Shown in pieces: positions 48,774-59,481 of a DNA stretch of 60,823 bases. This DNA is from Sphingomonas sp. (GTDB lineage: Bacteria; Pseudomonadota; Alphaproteobacteria; Sphingomonadales; Sphingomonadaceae). Numbering within the stretch: the stretch's first letter is position 1; each line of letters starts with the position of its first letter. The stretch covers positions 1 to 60,823 of the forward strand of contig JAEKMC010000069.1 in NCBI GenBank assembly GCA_019508115.1, in the 5' to 3' direction. The notes under the pieces were generated by a model. That model did no database searches. It saw nothing but the letters and a program-made list of their open reading frames with translations, and had not been told where the DNA came from. The translations under genes and the position numbers were made by a program.

Positions 48774-51587
48774 TTATTCGGTCGGGCCGTCCGCCTCGCT
48801 GCCGTCCGCCAGATCCTCGTTTGTGTCGCCCTCGGTCTGCGGATCGGTCGCGGGTGCGGTGATATCCGCCTCGCTGCGAACGTCGGCCTCGGCTTCGTCT
48901 TCGCTTTCCTCGATCCGCGCGGCCGAGACGACATGCTCGTCGTCGGCGACATTGAACAGACGCACGCCCGCCGATCCGCGCCCAATCACGCGCGTGTCGC
49001 CCACCGACATGCGGATCAGCTTGGCCTGGTCGGTGACGAGCATCAATTGCTCGCCATTATGCGCCGGGAAGCTGGCGACGACCGCGCCGTTACGCTCCAG
49101 ATTGCCGATATTGGTGATGCCCTGCGTGCCGCGGCTGGTGCGGCGATATTCATAGGCGGAACTGCGCTTGCCATAGCCGTTCGCGCAAACGGTCATGATG
49201 AACTCTTCCGACTCGCGGAATTGTTCGAACCGTTCGTCCGACATTTCGCGTGGGCTGCTCGGCGCGGCGTCGTCGCCGCGTTCGCGCCACGGCGCATGAC
49301 GCAGATAATCCTCGCGCTCGTCGGGTGTCGCGGCGAAGCCCTTGAGGATCGACATCGAGATGACCTCGTCATCGCCGATCAGCCTGGCGCCGCGCACGCC
49401 GGCGGAGGTGCGGCTCTGGAATTCGCGCACGTCGGTCGCGCAGAAGCGGATCGCCTTGCCGTTGCGCGTCGCGAGCAGGACGTCGTCCTCCTCGGTCAGC
49501 AGCGAGACGCCGATCAGGCGGTCGGTCGCGTCGTCGCTTTCCTCGTCCGTGCCGAAGCGCATCGCGAGCTTGCCGCTCGCGCGGATGTTGGTGAAGGCAT
49601 CCATGCTGTTGCGGCGTACCAGCCCCTTGGCCGTGGCGAACATGATGTGGAGCTTGCCCCATTCCGCCTCGTCCTCGGGCAAGGGTAGCACGGTGGAGAT
49701 CGTCTCGCCCTCCGCCAGCGGCAGCAGGTTGTTCATCGAACGACCCTTCGCCTGCGGCGCGCCCTCGGGCAGGCGATAGACTTTGAGGCGATAGACCTTG
49801 CCCGCGGTCGAGAAGAACAAGACAGGCGTGTGCGTCGAGGTCACGAACAATTCGGTGATCGCATCCTCGTCCTTGGTCGACATGCCCGAACGGCCCTTGC
49901 CGCCGCGCGCCTGTGTGCGGAAGGTCGCGAGCGGGGTGCGCTTGATATAGCCGCCGAGCGTCACGGTCACGACCATGTCCTCGCGCTCGATCAGATCCTC
50001 GTCCTCGATATCGTCGCCGGCAGGCGCGATCTCGGTCTTGCGCGGGGTGGCGAAGGCGGCGTGGATCGCGTCCAGCTCTTCCTGCATCACCTCGAACAGG
50101 CGCGGCCGGTTGCCCAGGATGTGGAGCAATTCACCGATCGAATCCGCGAGCGTCTTGAGTTCGCCGCCAATTTCGTCGCGCCCGAGCGCGGTCAGGCGGT
50201 GCAGCCGCAGATCGAGGATCGCGCGGACCTGGAATTCCGAAAGCTGATAACTGTCGCCCTCGATCTCGGTTTCGACCGCTTCGACCAGCTGGATATAGGA
50301 AGCGATCTCGGCGATCGGCCATTCACGCGCGAGCAAGGCGGCGCGCGCCGCGGCCGGGCTTGAGGAACCACGGATGATCTTCACCACCTCGTCGAGATTG
50401 GTGACCGCGATCACCAGCCCCAGCAAGATGTGCGCCCGCTCGCGCGCCTTGAGCAGCTCGAACTTCGAACGGCGCGTGATCACTTCCTCGCGGAAGCTGA
50501 TGAAGGCCTCGATGATGTCCCTGAGCGTCAGCACTTCGGGCCGGCCGCCGCGCAACGCGAGCATGTTGGCCGGGAAGCTGGTCTGCGCCTGGGTGTGGCG
50601 CCACAATTGGTTGAGCACCACGTCTGGGGTCGCGTCGCGCTTCAGGTCGATCACGATCCGCACGCCGAACCGGTTGGATTCGTCGCGAATGTCGCTGATG
50701 CCCTCGATACGCTTGTCCTTGGCCGCCTCGGCGATCCCCTCGACCAACCCGGCCTTGCCGACCTGATAGGGGATTTCGGTGAGCACGATCGAACGGCGGT
50801 CGCCCCGGCCTTCCTCGACCGTGTGGCGCGAACGCATCATGATCGATCCGCGGCCGAGGCTGTAGGCGTTGCGCGCGCCGCCGCGGCCGAGGATCAGGCC
50901 GCCGGTCGGGAAGTCCGGCCCCGGCACGATCTCCATCAGGTCTTCGTTGCTGAGATAATCCCCCGACAGCATGCTGGCGATCATCGCCTTGCAGGCGAGC
51001 AGCACTTCGCCAAGGTTATGCGGCGGGATGTTGGTTGCCATGCCGACGGCGATGCCGCCGGCGCCGTTGACCAGCAGATTGGGATAGCGCGCCGGCAAGA
51101 CCAACGGCTCGTCGCGCGAGCCGTCATAATTCGGGCCGAAATCGACCGTGTCCTTCTCGATATCCTCGAGCAGGGCCATCGCCGATTTGGCGAGGCGCGC
51201 CTCGGTATAGCGCATCGATGCCGGCATATCCGGATCCATCGATCCGAAATTGCCCTGGCCGTCGATCAGCGGCAGCCGCATCGACCAATCCTGCGCCATG
51301 CGCGCGAGCGCCATGTAGATCGCGCTGTCGCCATGCGGATGGTAATTGCCCATCACGTCGCCGACGATCTTGGCGGACTTGCGATAGGGGCGGCCGGGGA
51401 CGAACCCGCCTTCCTGGCTGGCGTAGAGGATGCGGCGGTGGACCGGCTTCAGGCCGTCGCGCACGTCGGGAAGCGCGCGCGCGACGATGACCGACATGGC
51501 ATAGTCGAGATAGCTCGACTTCATTTCGTCGACGATGTTGATCGGGGAAATATCGCTGCCGTCGATAACCGGCGGGGTCGTGGCCAA
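48774..51587 (-). CDS. gyrA: DNA gyrase subunit A
   Basis: [23 protein letters not shown] and GyrA-box QARGGKG. TTG start inferred. Confidence 0.96.
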   Translation of the reverse strand: MATTPPVIDGSDISPINIVDEMKSSYLDYAMSVIVARALPDVRDGLKPVHRRILYASQEGGFVPGRPYRKSAKIVGDVMGNYHPHGDSAIYMALARMAQDWSMRLPLIDGQGNFGSMDPDMPASMRYTEARLAKSAMALLEDIEKDTVDFGPNYDGSRDEPLVLPARYPNLLVNGAGGIAVGMATNIPPHNLGEVLLACKAMIASMLSGDYLSNEDLMEIVPGPDFPTGGLILGRGGARNAYSLGRGSIMMRSRHTVEEGRGDRRSIVLTEIPYQVGKAGLVEGIAEAAKDKRIEGISDIRDESNRFGVRIVIDLKRDATPDVVLNQLWRHTQAQTSFPANMLALRGGRPEVLTLRDIIEAFISFREEVITRRSKFELLKARERAHILLGLVIAVTNLDEVVKIIRGSSSPAAARAALLAREWPIAEIASYIQLVEAVETEIEGDSYQLSEFQVRAILDLRLHRLTALGRDEIGGELKTLADSIGELLHILGNRPRLFEVMQEELDAIHAAFATPRKTEIAPAGDDIEDEDLIEREDMVVTVTLGGYIKRTPLATFRTQARGGKGRSGMSTKDEDAITELFVTSTHTPVLFFSTAGKVYRLKVYRLPEGAPQAKGRSMNNLLPLAEGETISTVLPLPEDEAEWGKLHIMFATAKGLVRRNSMDAFTNIRASGKLAMRFGTDEESDDATDRLIGVSLLTEEDDVLLATRNGKAIRFCATDVREFQSRTSAGVRGARLIGDDEVISMSILKGFAATPDEREDYLRHAPWRERGDDAAPSSPREMSDERFEQFRESEEFIMTVCANGYGKRSSAYEYRRTSRGTQGITNIGNLERNGAVVASFPAHNGEQLMLVTDQAKLIRMSVGDTRVIGRGSAGVRLFNVADDEHVVSAARIEESEDEAEADVRSEADITAPATDPQTEGDTNEDLADGSEADGPTE

Positions 51588-51784
51588 GAAGCTGATCCGT
51601 TCTGTTGGTGGAGCGGCGCTGCGCCGCGCCACTCATCTAAGCATCGCCGGACGATAAAGCCACCCCGCGCGTATGCGCACACGCGCGTACGCGAGAGGAA
51701 ACGCAACAAAAGCTGGGGATAACGTTACGCTTGGGTTCGGTTTCGGCAGGGCTGGAAACGGGCCGGTGCGCGACCGGCAGAAAC

Positions 51785-52021
51785 CTAGATCTCGAACTCG
51801 GGCCTTTTGCCGTCGCGCTGCGGGTCGTGCGTCAGGCGCTTGTGGAGCGTCTTGACCGTGGTGCTGCCCGTCCGCTGGCACAATGCGGGTATCAGCGCGT
51901 GGACGAACGCGCCGAGTGCGCCGAGCAGCATGGCCCAGCCGAAGCCGGCCGCGACGCGGAAATGCTCGCCATAGCTTTCGTCGACGCTGGCGGGGTGATC
52001 GAGGAAGAGGCGACGGAACAT
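51785..52021 (-). CDS. DUF6356-like small protein
   Basis: FLDHPASVDESYGEH...VHALIP...TGS pattern. Confidence 0.8.
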   Translation of the reverse strand: MFRRLFLDHPASVDESYGEHFRVAAGFGWAMLLGALGAFVHALIPALCQRTGSTTVKTLHKRLTHDPQRDGKRPEFEI

Positions 52022-52171
52022 GGATTCAGCCTAAGCCGGACGCGCGAGTCAGGCAATCGGTCGCAGCCGCTTTCCCGCCATATTGTGTTCAGCTTGCTCC
52101 AAGGGGCGGGCGCTATTAGTCACGACACGCTTAATTATGCCGGAAGACCTATTCTTTTCCGGCTGAGGGAG

Positions 52172-53494
52172 ATGATGCAGATGAGGATTGTGTCCAGGAT
52201 GGCGATGGCCATCGCGCTCGGCAGCATGGCCGTGGCGGCGCCCGCCTTCGCGAAGAAGGAAGACAAGCAGGCCGCGGCGGCTGAAAAGGCGACGCCGGCC
52301 GTGCAGAAGGCCGCGTTCGATGCGCAGAAGGCAGCCGACGCCGGCGATGTCGCGACCGCGCTCACCAACTACAATACCGCCAAGGCGGCGATGGTGAACA
52401 ACGAGGACAAGTTCATGGTCGGCCGCGTCGGCTACCAGATCTATCAGAAGAACAAGGACGAGCAGCTCTTCTCCGACTCGATCGATCTGATGCTCGAAAG
52501 CGGCAAGCCATCGGCCGATGCGCAGAAGCAGCTTTACTTCGCGCAGGGCCAGATCGCCTATAACAAGAAGAATTACCCCAAGGCGCTGACCGCCTTCCAG
52601 GCCGCCGAAAAGGCCGGCTCGGCCGATCCCGACCTCGTGCCCCTGATCGTCGAGTCGACCGCACTCCAGGGCTTGACCGTGCAGGCGCTCCAGACGCTCA
52701 AGGACGAAGCTGCCAAGCGCGAGGCAGCGGGTCAGCCGGTTCCGGCCGAATGGTATCAGCGTGGCGTTTCGATTGGTTACAAGAACAAGAACCCCGCCGA
52801 TCAGGCCGCGATCAACCAGCTCACGCTCGATTTGTGCCTGAAATGGGTCGCCTCGGCCCCGCAGCCGCAATATTGGAACGGCGCGCTCGAGGTCTATGCC
52901 CAGCAGTTCAAGCTGGACAATGAGGGCCGGCTGGAGATGCTCCGTCTGCTCCGCGCCGCCGGCGCGATGGAAGGCGGCGACGATTATCGCGAATATGCCG
53001 ACGATGTCTATCTGCGCTTCCCCAACGAGGCGATGAGCGTGCTTCAGGAAGGCGCGGCCAAGGGCAAGGTCACCCTGACCGGCAAGAATGACGCGGCCGA
53101 CGTGATGGGCATCGTCAAGGGCAAGGTCGTGGCCGACAAGGCCTCGCTGCCGGGCGCCGACAAGGCTTCGCGCGCCGCCGCGACCGGCAAGCCCGCGCTC
53201 AGCACCGCCGATGCCTATGTCGGCTATGGCGACTATGCCAAGGCGGTCGATCTCTACAAGGTCGCGCTCGCGAAGGGTGGCGCGGGCGTGGATCCCGGCA
53301 CGGTCAATCTCCACATGGGCTGGGCGCTCGCGCTTTCAGGCGACACTGCCGGCGCCAAGGCGGCCTTCCAGGCGGTCACCGGCGTGCGCAAGCCGATCGC
53401 GGACTTCTGGCTGGTCCACCTCGACCACCCGACCGTCCCCAATGCGGCCAAGGACGCGCCTGCCGCGGCCCCGGCCGCCGCGCCTGCCAAATAA
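52172..53494 (+). CDS. Exported TPR-repeat protein
   Basis: RBS, signal peptide (APAFA) and helical repeats. Confidence 0.82.
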   Translation: MMQMRIVSRMAMAIALGSMAVAAPAFAKKEDKQAAAAEKATPAVQKAAFDAQKAADAGDVATALTNYNTAKAAMVNNEDKFMVGRVGYQIYQKNKDEQLFSDSIDLMLESGKPSADAQKQLYFAQGQIAYNKKNYPKALTAFQAAEKAGSADPDLVPLIVESTALQGLTVQALQTLKDEAAKREAAGQPVPAEWYQRGVSIGYKNKNPADQAAINQLTLDLCLKWVASAPQPQYWNGALEVYAQQFKLDNEGRLEMLRLLRAAGAMEGGDDYREYADDVYLRFPNEAMSVLQEGAAKGKVTLTGKNDAADVMGIVKGKVVADKASLPGADKASRAAATGKPALSTADAYVGYGDYAKAVDLYKVALAKGGAGVDPGTVNLHMGWALALSGDTAGAKAAFQAVTGVRKPIADFWLVHLDHPTVPNAAKDAPAAAPAAAPAK

Positions 53495-53520
53495 GCGCTA
53501 ACAAGCGCACGGAAAACGGG

Positions 53521-53550
53521 AAGGGCGGTCTTCGGGCCGCCCTTTCTTTT
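53521..53550 (+). terminator. Rho-independent terminator
   Basis: aagggcggtc-ttcg-ggccgccctt followed by tctttt. Confidence 0.8.
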
Positions 53551-53572
53551 GGGCGCTGGCGTGAGGCTTGTC

Positions 53573-53655
53573 CGTCACCCCGGACTTGTTCCGGGGTCCA
53601 CCCGGCAGCTTCACTACAACCTCCCCGTGGATGCCGGAACAGGTCCGGCATGACG
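53573..53655. repeat. REP doublet
   Basis: cgtcaccccggacttgttccggggtcca / tggatgccggaacaggtccggcatgacg. Confidence 0.8.
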
Positions 53656-53668
53656 ATAGGATAGCCGA

Positions 53669-54145
53669 TCAGGCCGGATCCACCGGAATCCCGCACGACG
53701 TCTTCGACGTGCGGATCGTGAGCGAGGTCTTGACGCTCGCCACGTTGGGCGCGGGCGTCAGCTTGGAAGTCAGGAAATTCTGGAAGGATTGCAGGTCGTG
53801 CGCGACGATCTTGAGGATGAAGTCGATCTCGCCATTGAGCATATGGCATTCGCGAATCTCGGGAAGCTCCGCGACATGTGATTCGAACGCGCGCAGATCG
53901 GCCTCGGCCTGGCTGCGCAGGCTGACGAGCGCGAACACCATGATGCCGTAGCCGAGCGCGCCGGGATCCAGTTCGGCATGATAGCCCTTGATCACGCCCG
54001 ATTCCTCGAGCGCGCGCATCCGGCGCAGGCAGGGCGGGGCGGTCAGGCCGACCCGGCTCGCCAGCTCGACATTGGTGATCCGGCCTTCCTCCTGCAGGAT
54101 GGCGAGGATCGACCGGTCCAGCTCGTCGATAGTCGTCGCCCCCAT
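53669..54145 (-). CDS. Lrp/AsnC family regulator
   Basis: DELDRSILAILQEEGRITNVELASRVGLTAPPCLRR. Confidence 0.93.
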   Translation of the reverse strand: MGATTIDELDRSILAILQEEGRITNVELASRVGLTAPPCLRRMRALEESGVIKGYHAELDPGALGYGIMVFALVSLRSQAEADLRAFESHVAELPEIRECHMLNGEIDFILKIVAHDLQSFQNFLTSKLTPAPNVASVKTSLTIRTSKTSCGIPVDPA

Positions 54146-54303
54146 TTCAGCATCATCCCGTTTCTATTTTCGGGGCTATGCATAATATAATTTCCGCCCC
54201 ACGCAACATCATAGCGAAATGCTCGCCAAAATGGTTGCGTTTGCTCACAGCGACGGTTGCGCTTGCCAGCGGCGGCAGCGCTCCGCTAACGGAGCGCTGC
54301 GTG

Positions 54304-54380
54304 GGGCCTGTAGCTCAATTGGTTAGAGCCGGCCGCTCATAACGGCTTGGTTGCGGGTTCGAGTCCTGCCGGGCCCACCA
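54304..54380 (+). tRNA. tRNA-Ile2(CAT), lysidine type
   Basis: Cloverleaf with CAT anticodon. The G1-C72 pair is present, so it is not the initiator. C4-G69 and C5-G68 are TilS determinants. Confidence 0.85.
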
Positions 54381-54466
54381 CTTCCTCCACAGTCCCAACC
54401 GGCGCGGATCCGCGTGACCGCGCTTGCGATCCGCATCGCCTTTCGCCCTTGGCCGGATTCCAATAC

Positions 54467-54526
54467 TCAAGTCGCCACTTGACAATCGACGGGTTACGCC
54501 AATAGTAAAGCCCATGCTTGACTATT
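54467..54526. promoter_or_regulatory. Two palindromic operators for the ArsR regulator
   Basis: TCAAG-N6-CTTGA (54467-54482) and AATAGTAAAG-N6-CTTGACTATT (54501-54526), the second overlapping the start codon. Confidence 0.65.
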
Positions 54527-54858
54527 CCATGATCGACAACAGCCTTCGGGCACTCGCCGAGCCCACGCGCCGGGCGATCTTCGATCGCTTGAGCCGGGGG
54601 CAGGCTAGCGTGAGCGAGATTGCCGGGCCGTTCGACATCACGCTCGCCGCGGTCGTCCAACATATCCAGGTGCTGGAGACATGCGGACTGGTGCGAAGCG
54701 CCAAGGTCGGCCGCGTGCGCGTCTGCCAGGCCGACACGCGCGGGCTCAATGCGCTTGGCGATTGGATCGCCGAACGGCGCAGCCTCATCGAACGCCGCCT
54801 CGATCGCCTCGCCCAGATCCTCGACGAAGCGGATGAAATTCCAGACGATCTCCAATGA
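54514..54858 (+). CDS. ArsR/SmtB family regulator
   Basis: ALAEPTRRAI, SVSEIA and VVQHIQVLE...KVGRVR. Confidence 0.9.
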   Translation: MLDYSMIDNSLRALAEPTRRAIFDRLSRGQASVSEIAGPFDITLAAVVQHIQVLETCGLVRSAKVGRVRVCQADTRGLNALGDWIAERRSLIERRLDRLAQILDEADEIPDDLQ

Positions 54859-54878
54859 CCTTTGAAGGAAGACGCCCC

Positions 54879-55367
54879 ATGTCCTACGCCGCCGAACGCC
54901 TTGCCGATTTCCCGCCCGCCAATCACGCCACCTTCCAGGTCGAGCGTATCTATCGTCAGTCGCCCGCGAAGGTCTTTCGCGCCTTTGCGGACCAGGACAT
55001 GGTTCGGCGGTGGCGTGTCGAAAGCGACGGGTGCGTAGTGCACGAATTCACCTTCGACTTCCGCATCGGCGGGCGCGAAGTGTCGCGCTTCAGCTTCGGG
55101 GACGGCCCGGAAATCCGCATCGACGCCGAATTCCAGGATATCGTGCCCGATCGGCGCCTCGCCTTCACGTATCGGATGGGCATGGGTGCCAATCCCTTTT
55201 CGGCGTCGCTCACCACGATCGAGCTGCTTCCCTCGGGCACGGGGACGCGGCTCACCTATACAGAGCAGCTCACGCTCTTCGACGGCTCCGATTCCGCGCA
55301 GGGACGCGAGGAGGGGTGTCGGCTGCTGATGGAAAGCCTGGCCGCCGAACTCGATCGCCAAGGGTAA
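54879..55367 (+). CDS. SRPBCC/AHSA1 family protein
   Basis: HATFQVERIY, DFRIGGRE, DIVPDRR and GTRLTYTEQ. Confidence 0.88.
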   Translation: MSYAAERLADFPPANHATFQVERIYRQSPAKVFRAFADQDMVRRWRVESDGCVVHEFTFDFRIGGREVSRFSFGDGPEIRIDAEFQDIVPDRRLAFTYRMGMGANPFSASLTTIELLPSGTGTRLTYTEQLTLFDGSDSAQGREEGCRLLMESLAAELDRQG

Positions 55368-55381
55368 CCGGAGCGTCCGGC

Positions 55382-55921
55382 ATGGTGTCGTCCGACCGAT
55401 ATCATCCATGGCTCGTGACCCTGCATTGGGTCTTGGCCGTCTTGATCGTCGCGATGCTGATTGTCGGATTCGCATGGCTTGGGCAAATGCCCGCCGCCGA
55501 CCCTAGGCGGCTGGACGTTCTCAGGTGGCATATGGCAGGCGGGATCCTGATCCTGATCCTGATGACGCTGCGTTTTGCGGTCCGTATCCGGACGGTGCGG
55601 CCGGTACCGGCTTCGACCGGCAATCGCGCTCTCGACCATGTGGCGCTGGTCTCGCATCTCGCTTTCTACGCCATCGTCCTGTCGATGGCCGGGACCGGCT
55701 TCGCCACCGCGATCGCCGCGGGCCTGCCGGCCATTGTGCTGGGGCGTTCCGGCGCGGACTTGCCCGCGGATTTCATGGTCTATGCGCCCTTCGTCGCGCA
55801 TGCATTGCTCGCGACCTTGCTCGCGAACCTGATCCTTCTGCACCTGCTGGGCGTGGGCTATCATCAGCTTGTCAGGCGCGATCGCCTGCTCTCGCGCATG
55901 CGCATCGCCCGGCGCCGCTGA
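55382..55921 (+). CDS. Cytochrome b561
   Basis: RY...LHW, WHMAGG, HLAFY and AH...LHLLG heme-ligand pattern. Confidence 0.88.
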   Translation: MVSSDRYHPWLVTLHWVLAVLIVAMLIVGFAWLGQMPAADPRRLDVLRWHMAGGILILILMTLRFAVRIRTVRPVPASTGNRALDHVALVSHLAFYAIVLSMAGTGFATAIAAGLPAIVLGRSGADLPADFMVYAPFVAHALLATLLANLILLHLLGVGYHQLVRRDRLLSRMRIARRR

Positions 55922-55959
55922 AGCTGCTTCATCCGGCCATCAAGCAAGCAGTATCCGGT

Positions 55960-57408
55960 TTATTCGCCGGTGGTACCGAATCCGTGCGCGAGGAAGCTCG
56001 GCACCGGGCCGTTCCAGCCATCATCGGCGGGTTCGGCGGCGGGCGGGAAGCGGCGGTCGTCATGCCGCTCGGGACGGCGCTCGGCGCGTGCAGGCCGATC
56101 GTCGCGGCCTTCCTCGCGCCGGGGGCGATCCTCACGCCGCGGGCGTTCGGCCCGCGCCGGCTTTTCGGCAGTCTCCGGCTTTTCGACAGAGGCCTGCTTT
56201 TCCGCCGGCGGCTTGCGCTCGGCAGAGCGACCGCGTGACGTACGCTCGCGGCGCGGCTTTTCCTCGGCCGGTGCGGCATCGCCTTCCGTCGGCGCCGCCT
56301 TGCCGACGCGCGCGATCTTCATGCCGGTCAGTTTCTCGATATTCTCGATCGCCTCGGCATCCTCAGGCGTGACCAGCGTGAAGGCCTTGCCCTTGGCGCC
56401 CGCGCGGCCGGTGCGGCCGATGCGGTGGATATAATCGTCCGGATGCCATGGCACGTCATAGTTGAAGACGTGGCTCACGCCTTTGACGTCCAGCCCGCGC
56501 GCGGCGACGTCGGATGCGACCAGGATATTGATGTCGCCCGATTTGAAGCGATCCAGTTCGCGGATGCGCTCGGCCTGCTCCATGTCGCCATGGATCTGGC
56601 TCGCCTTGAAGCCGTAGCGCTGCAGCGATTCGGCCAGCTCGCGCACGGTGGTCTTGCGGTTCGAGAAGACGATCGCGGTGGTCAGGTCGTCCGCCTGCAG
56701 CAATTTGCGCAGAGTCTCGCGCTTCCCGCGCGAGCTCGTCTCGACCAAGGCCTGCTCGATCGAGGTGTTGGCGGTGGCGGGGCGCGCGACCTCGACCGTC
56801 TTGGGATTGGACAGGAACTTGTCCGCGAGCTTCTTGATCGGCGCGGGCATCGTCGCCGAAAAGAGCAACGTCTGCCGGTTCGCCGGCAGCTTGGTGCAGA
56901 TTTCCTCGATGTCGGGGATGAAGCCCATGTCGAGCATGCGGTCGGCTTCGTCGATCACGAGCGTCGAGCAGCCCGACAGCAGGATCTTGCCGCGGCCGAA
57001 CAGGTCCATCAGCCGGCCCGGCGTCGCGATCAGCACGTCGACGCCCTTTTCCAGCGCCTTCTGCTGGTCGCCCATCGATACGCCGCCGATCAGCAACGCC
57101 ATCGAAAGCTTGTGATATTTGCCGTATTTCTCGAAATTCTCGGCGACCTGCGCGGCCAGTTCGCGCGTCGGCTCAAGGATCAGCGAGCGCGGCATCATCG
57201 CGCGGCTGCGGCCATGGGCGAGAATGTCGATCATCGGCAGCACGAACGAGGCGGTCTTGCCCGTCCCCGTCTGCGCGATTCCGATCAGGTCGCGGTTCAT
57301 CAACACCGGCGGGATCGCGGCCGCCTGGATCGGCGTGGGCTCGCTATAGCCCGCCTCGGTCACGGCGCGCAGCAGTTCGTCAGATAGGCCGAGGTCGGCG
57401 AAAGTCAT
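55960..57408 (-). CDS. DEAD-box RNA helicase (RhlE-like)
   Basis: AQTGTGKT, PTRELA, DEAD, SAT, ARGLD and HRIGRTGR. Confidence 0.95.
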   Translation of the reverse strand: MTFADLGLSDELLRAVTEAGYSEPTPIQAAAIPPVLMNRDLIGIAQTGTGKTASFVLPMIDILAHGRSRAMMPRSLILEPTRELAAQVAENFEKYGKYHKLSMALLIGGVSMGDQQKALEKGVDVLIATPGRLMDLFGRGKILLSGCSTLVIDEADRMLDMGFIPDIEEICTKLPANRQTLLFSATMPAPIKKLADKFLSNPKTVEVARPATANTSIEQALVETSSRGKRETLRKLLQADDLTTAIVFSNRKTTVRELAESLQRYGFKASQIHGDMEQAERIRELDRFKSGDINILVASDVAARGLDVKGVSHVFNYDVPWHPDDYIHRIGRTGRAGAKGKAFTLVTPEDAEAIENIEKLTGMKIARVGKAAPTEGDAAPAEEKPRRERTSRGRSAERKPPAEKQASVEKPETAEKPARAERPRREDRPRREEGRDDRPARAERRPERHDDRRFPPAAEPADDGWNGPVPSFLAHGFGTTGE

Positions 57409-57518
57409 GGGCATCCGGATTCAAGGGGGACCAGCGGGCACGAAAAGCGCCGCCGCGACCGGCCCCTCGCTAGGGACGAAAGCGCCTCCGCTGTCAAGTC
57501 AAACAGAGGCAAGAGAGC

Positions 57519-57931
57519 TTAATTACGCGCGACGAGCTGGCGGAACTTCTCGATCTCGCATTCGCCGCCCGCGCGATCGCGGATCACGTCGCGGCCCGAG
57601 CATAATTTTCCGTCGGCCCCGGCCGAGACGTAAAAGCCGCTATAATAATCGAGGCCCGGGCAGTTCGCCGAAAAGCGCGCGCGCATCCGATAGCCGCCGC
57701 GCAACACCAGATCGACCGAGGATCGCGCCAATATCGCCGCCGCCAGGATATCGCTCGCCGCGACGCATTTGGGCCCGCCAGCTGGGTCGTCTGGACGCGC
57801 ACGACGATGTGCGAGCGGAAGCTCAATTGGGCCAGTTCGATGCCCTCCAGCTCGCGCGGCGGGGCTGGCGGAACCGGAGACGCGTTCGCGCCGAGCGCAA
57901 CCAGCGCGCTCATCAGCGTCGAAAACGTCAT
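57519..57931 (-). pseudogene. Exported Cys-containing hypothetical protein, frameshifted near 57780
   Basis: Signal peptide and AQLSFRSHIVVRV are in the 57931 frame. GPKC...VDLVL...CPGLDYYSGFY...DGKLC..RD...GGEC is in a different frame. Confidence 0.7.
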
Positions 57932-58025
57932 GATTCAAAACCCATAGCGATTTCGCTCGTCCCCCCTAACCCTTTAATGGCTGATGAACTGGCCCCGCGC
58001 CAAGACTTCCGGTTATAGCGCGGTC

Positions 58026-59459
58026 ATGACCTGTGTTCCGGATGCAACAATGTTGACGGCGCTCGAACGCCGCCTCGGCCCCAAGGGGTTCACCCGCGAA
58101 TCCGCCGATATGGATCCTTGGCTGAGCGACTGGCGTGGCCGCGTCCATGGCCGCGCCGCCGCCTTGCTCTCCCCCGCCGATGTCGACGAAGTGCAGGCGA
58201 TCGTCCGGCTCGCGGCGGAGAATCGCGTGGCGATCGTGCCGCAAGGCGGCAATAGCGGCATGGTCGCGGGCGCGACCCCTTCGGTCGAGGGCAACGCGCT
58301 CTTGCTGTCGCTCAGGCGGATGAACGCGATCCGTTCGCTCTCGCCGGAAGACAATGTCGCGGTCGCCGAGGCCGGCGTGATCCTGAGCGACCTGCATGAG
58401 GCTGCGCTCGGCATCGGACGGCGCTTCCCGCTCAGCCTTGGCGCCAAGGGCTCGGCCCGGATCGGCGGCCTGATCTCGACCAACGCCGGCGGTACGCAGG
58501 TGCTACGCTTCGGTACCATGCGCAACCTGGTGGTGGGGATCGAGGCGATCCTGCCCTCGGGCGAGCGGTTCGATGGCCTGTCCGCCTTGCGCAAGGATAA
58601 TCGCGGTTACGATCTGCGCCAGTTGCTCGTCGGCGCGGAGGGGACGCTCGGCGTGGTCACCGCCGCGAGCCTGCGACTCGTTCCCGCGATCGGCGCGCGC
58701 GCGGTCGCCTGGATCGGGCTCGCCACCCCGCATCAGGCGCTCACCCTGCTGCGGCGGCTCGAGGCGGCGACCGGCGACGCGATCGAGAGTTTCGAGGCGA
58801 TGCCCGCCAACGCGCTGGCGATGGTGCTGCGCCACATTCCCGGCACGCGCGCGCCGCTCGCCGGAACCCATGACTGGAATATCCTGGTCGAAGCGACCGC
58901 ACCCGCCGGCGCGCCCGATCCGGTCGACGCGCTGATCGCGCAGCTCGCCGCCGCGGCGGAGGAGGGGTTGATCGAAGATGCCGTGGTCGCCGCCAGCGAG
59001 GCGCAGGCCGATGCCTTCTGGAAGCTGCGCGAGACGATCGCCGAGGCCGAACGCGCCGATGGCCCCGCCGCCAAGCATGACATTTCGGTGCCCGTGTCCG
59101 CCGTGCCCGATTTCCTGATCGAGGCGCGCGCGGCGGTCGAGACGCGCTTCGCGGGCAGTCGCGTGGTCGGCTTCGGCCATCTCGGCGATGGCAATATCCA
59201 TTTCAACGTGCTGCCCCCCGCCGACGCCGATCAGAAGGCCTGGGTCGAGACGCAAGGTCCCGCCGTCAACGCCTTCGTCCACGATTTCGTCGCCGCGCGC
59301 GGCGGCTCGCTCTCCGCCGAGCACGGCATCGGCCAACTCAAGCTCGCCGAATTCGCGCGTACCGCAGGGCCCGTCCGCCTCCACGTTCTACGCGCGATCA
59401 AGCAGGCGCTCGATCCGCTCGGCATCATGAACCCGGGTAAATTGGTGCCGCCTGCCTAG
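58026..59459 (+). CDS. FAD-binding oxidoreductase (D-2-hydroxyacid dehydrogenase-like)
   Basis: PQGGNSG, STNAGG, KDNRGYDL, GAEGTLG, GHLGDGNIH, SAEHGIG and NPGK. Confidence 0.92.
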   Translation: MTCVPDATMLTALERRLGPKGFTRESADMDPWLSDWRGRVHGRAAALLSPADVDEVQAIVRLAAENRVAIVPQGGNSGMVAGATPSVEGNALLLSLRRMNAIRSLSPEDNVAVAEAGVILSDLHEAALGIGRRFPLSLGAKGSARIGGLISTNAGGTQVLRFGTMRNLVVGIEAILPSGERFDGLSALRKDNRGYDLRQLLVGAEGTLGVVTAASLRLVPAIGARAVAWIGLATPHQALTLLRRLEAATGDAIESFEAMPANALAMVLRHIPGTRAPLAGTHDWNILVEATAPAGAPDPVDALIAQLAAAAEEGLIEDAVVAASEAQADAFWKLRETIAEAERADGPAAKHDISVPVSAVPDFLIEARAAVETRFAGSRVVGFGHLGDGNIHFNVLPPADADQKAWVETQGPAVNAFVHDFVAARGGSLSAEHGIGQLKLAEFARTAGPVRLHVLRAIKQALDPLGIMNPGKLVPPA

Positions 59460-59481
59460 GGATTTCGGAAACCCTGCGCGT

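Noticed and set aside
54304-54380. tRNA-Met
   Set aside because: The anticodon is CAT, but the acceptor stem fits Ile2 and the initiator features (1-72 mismatch, three G-C anticodon-stem pairs) are absent.
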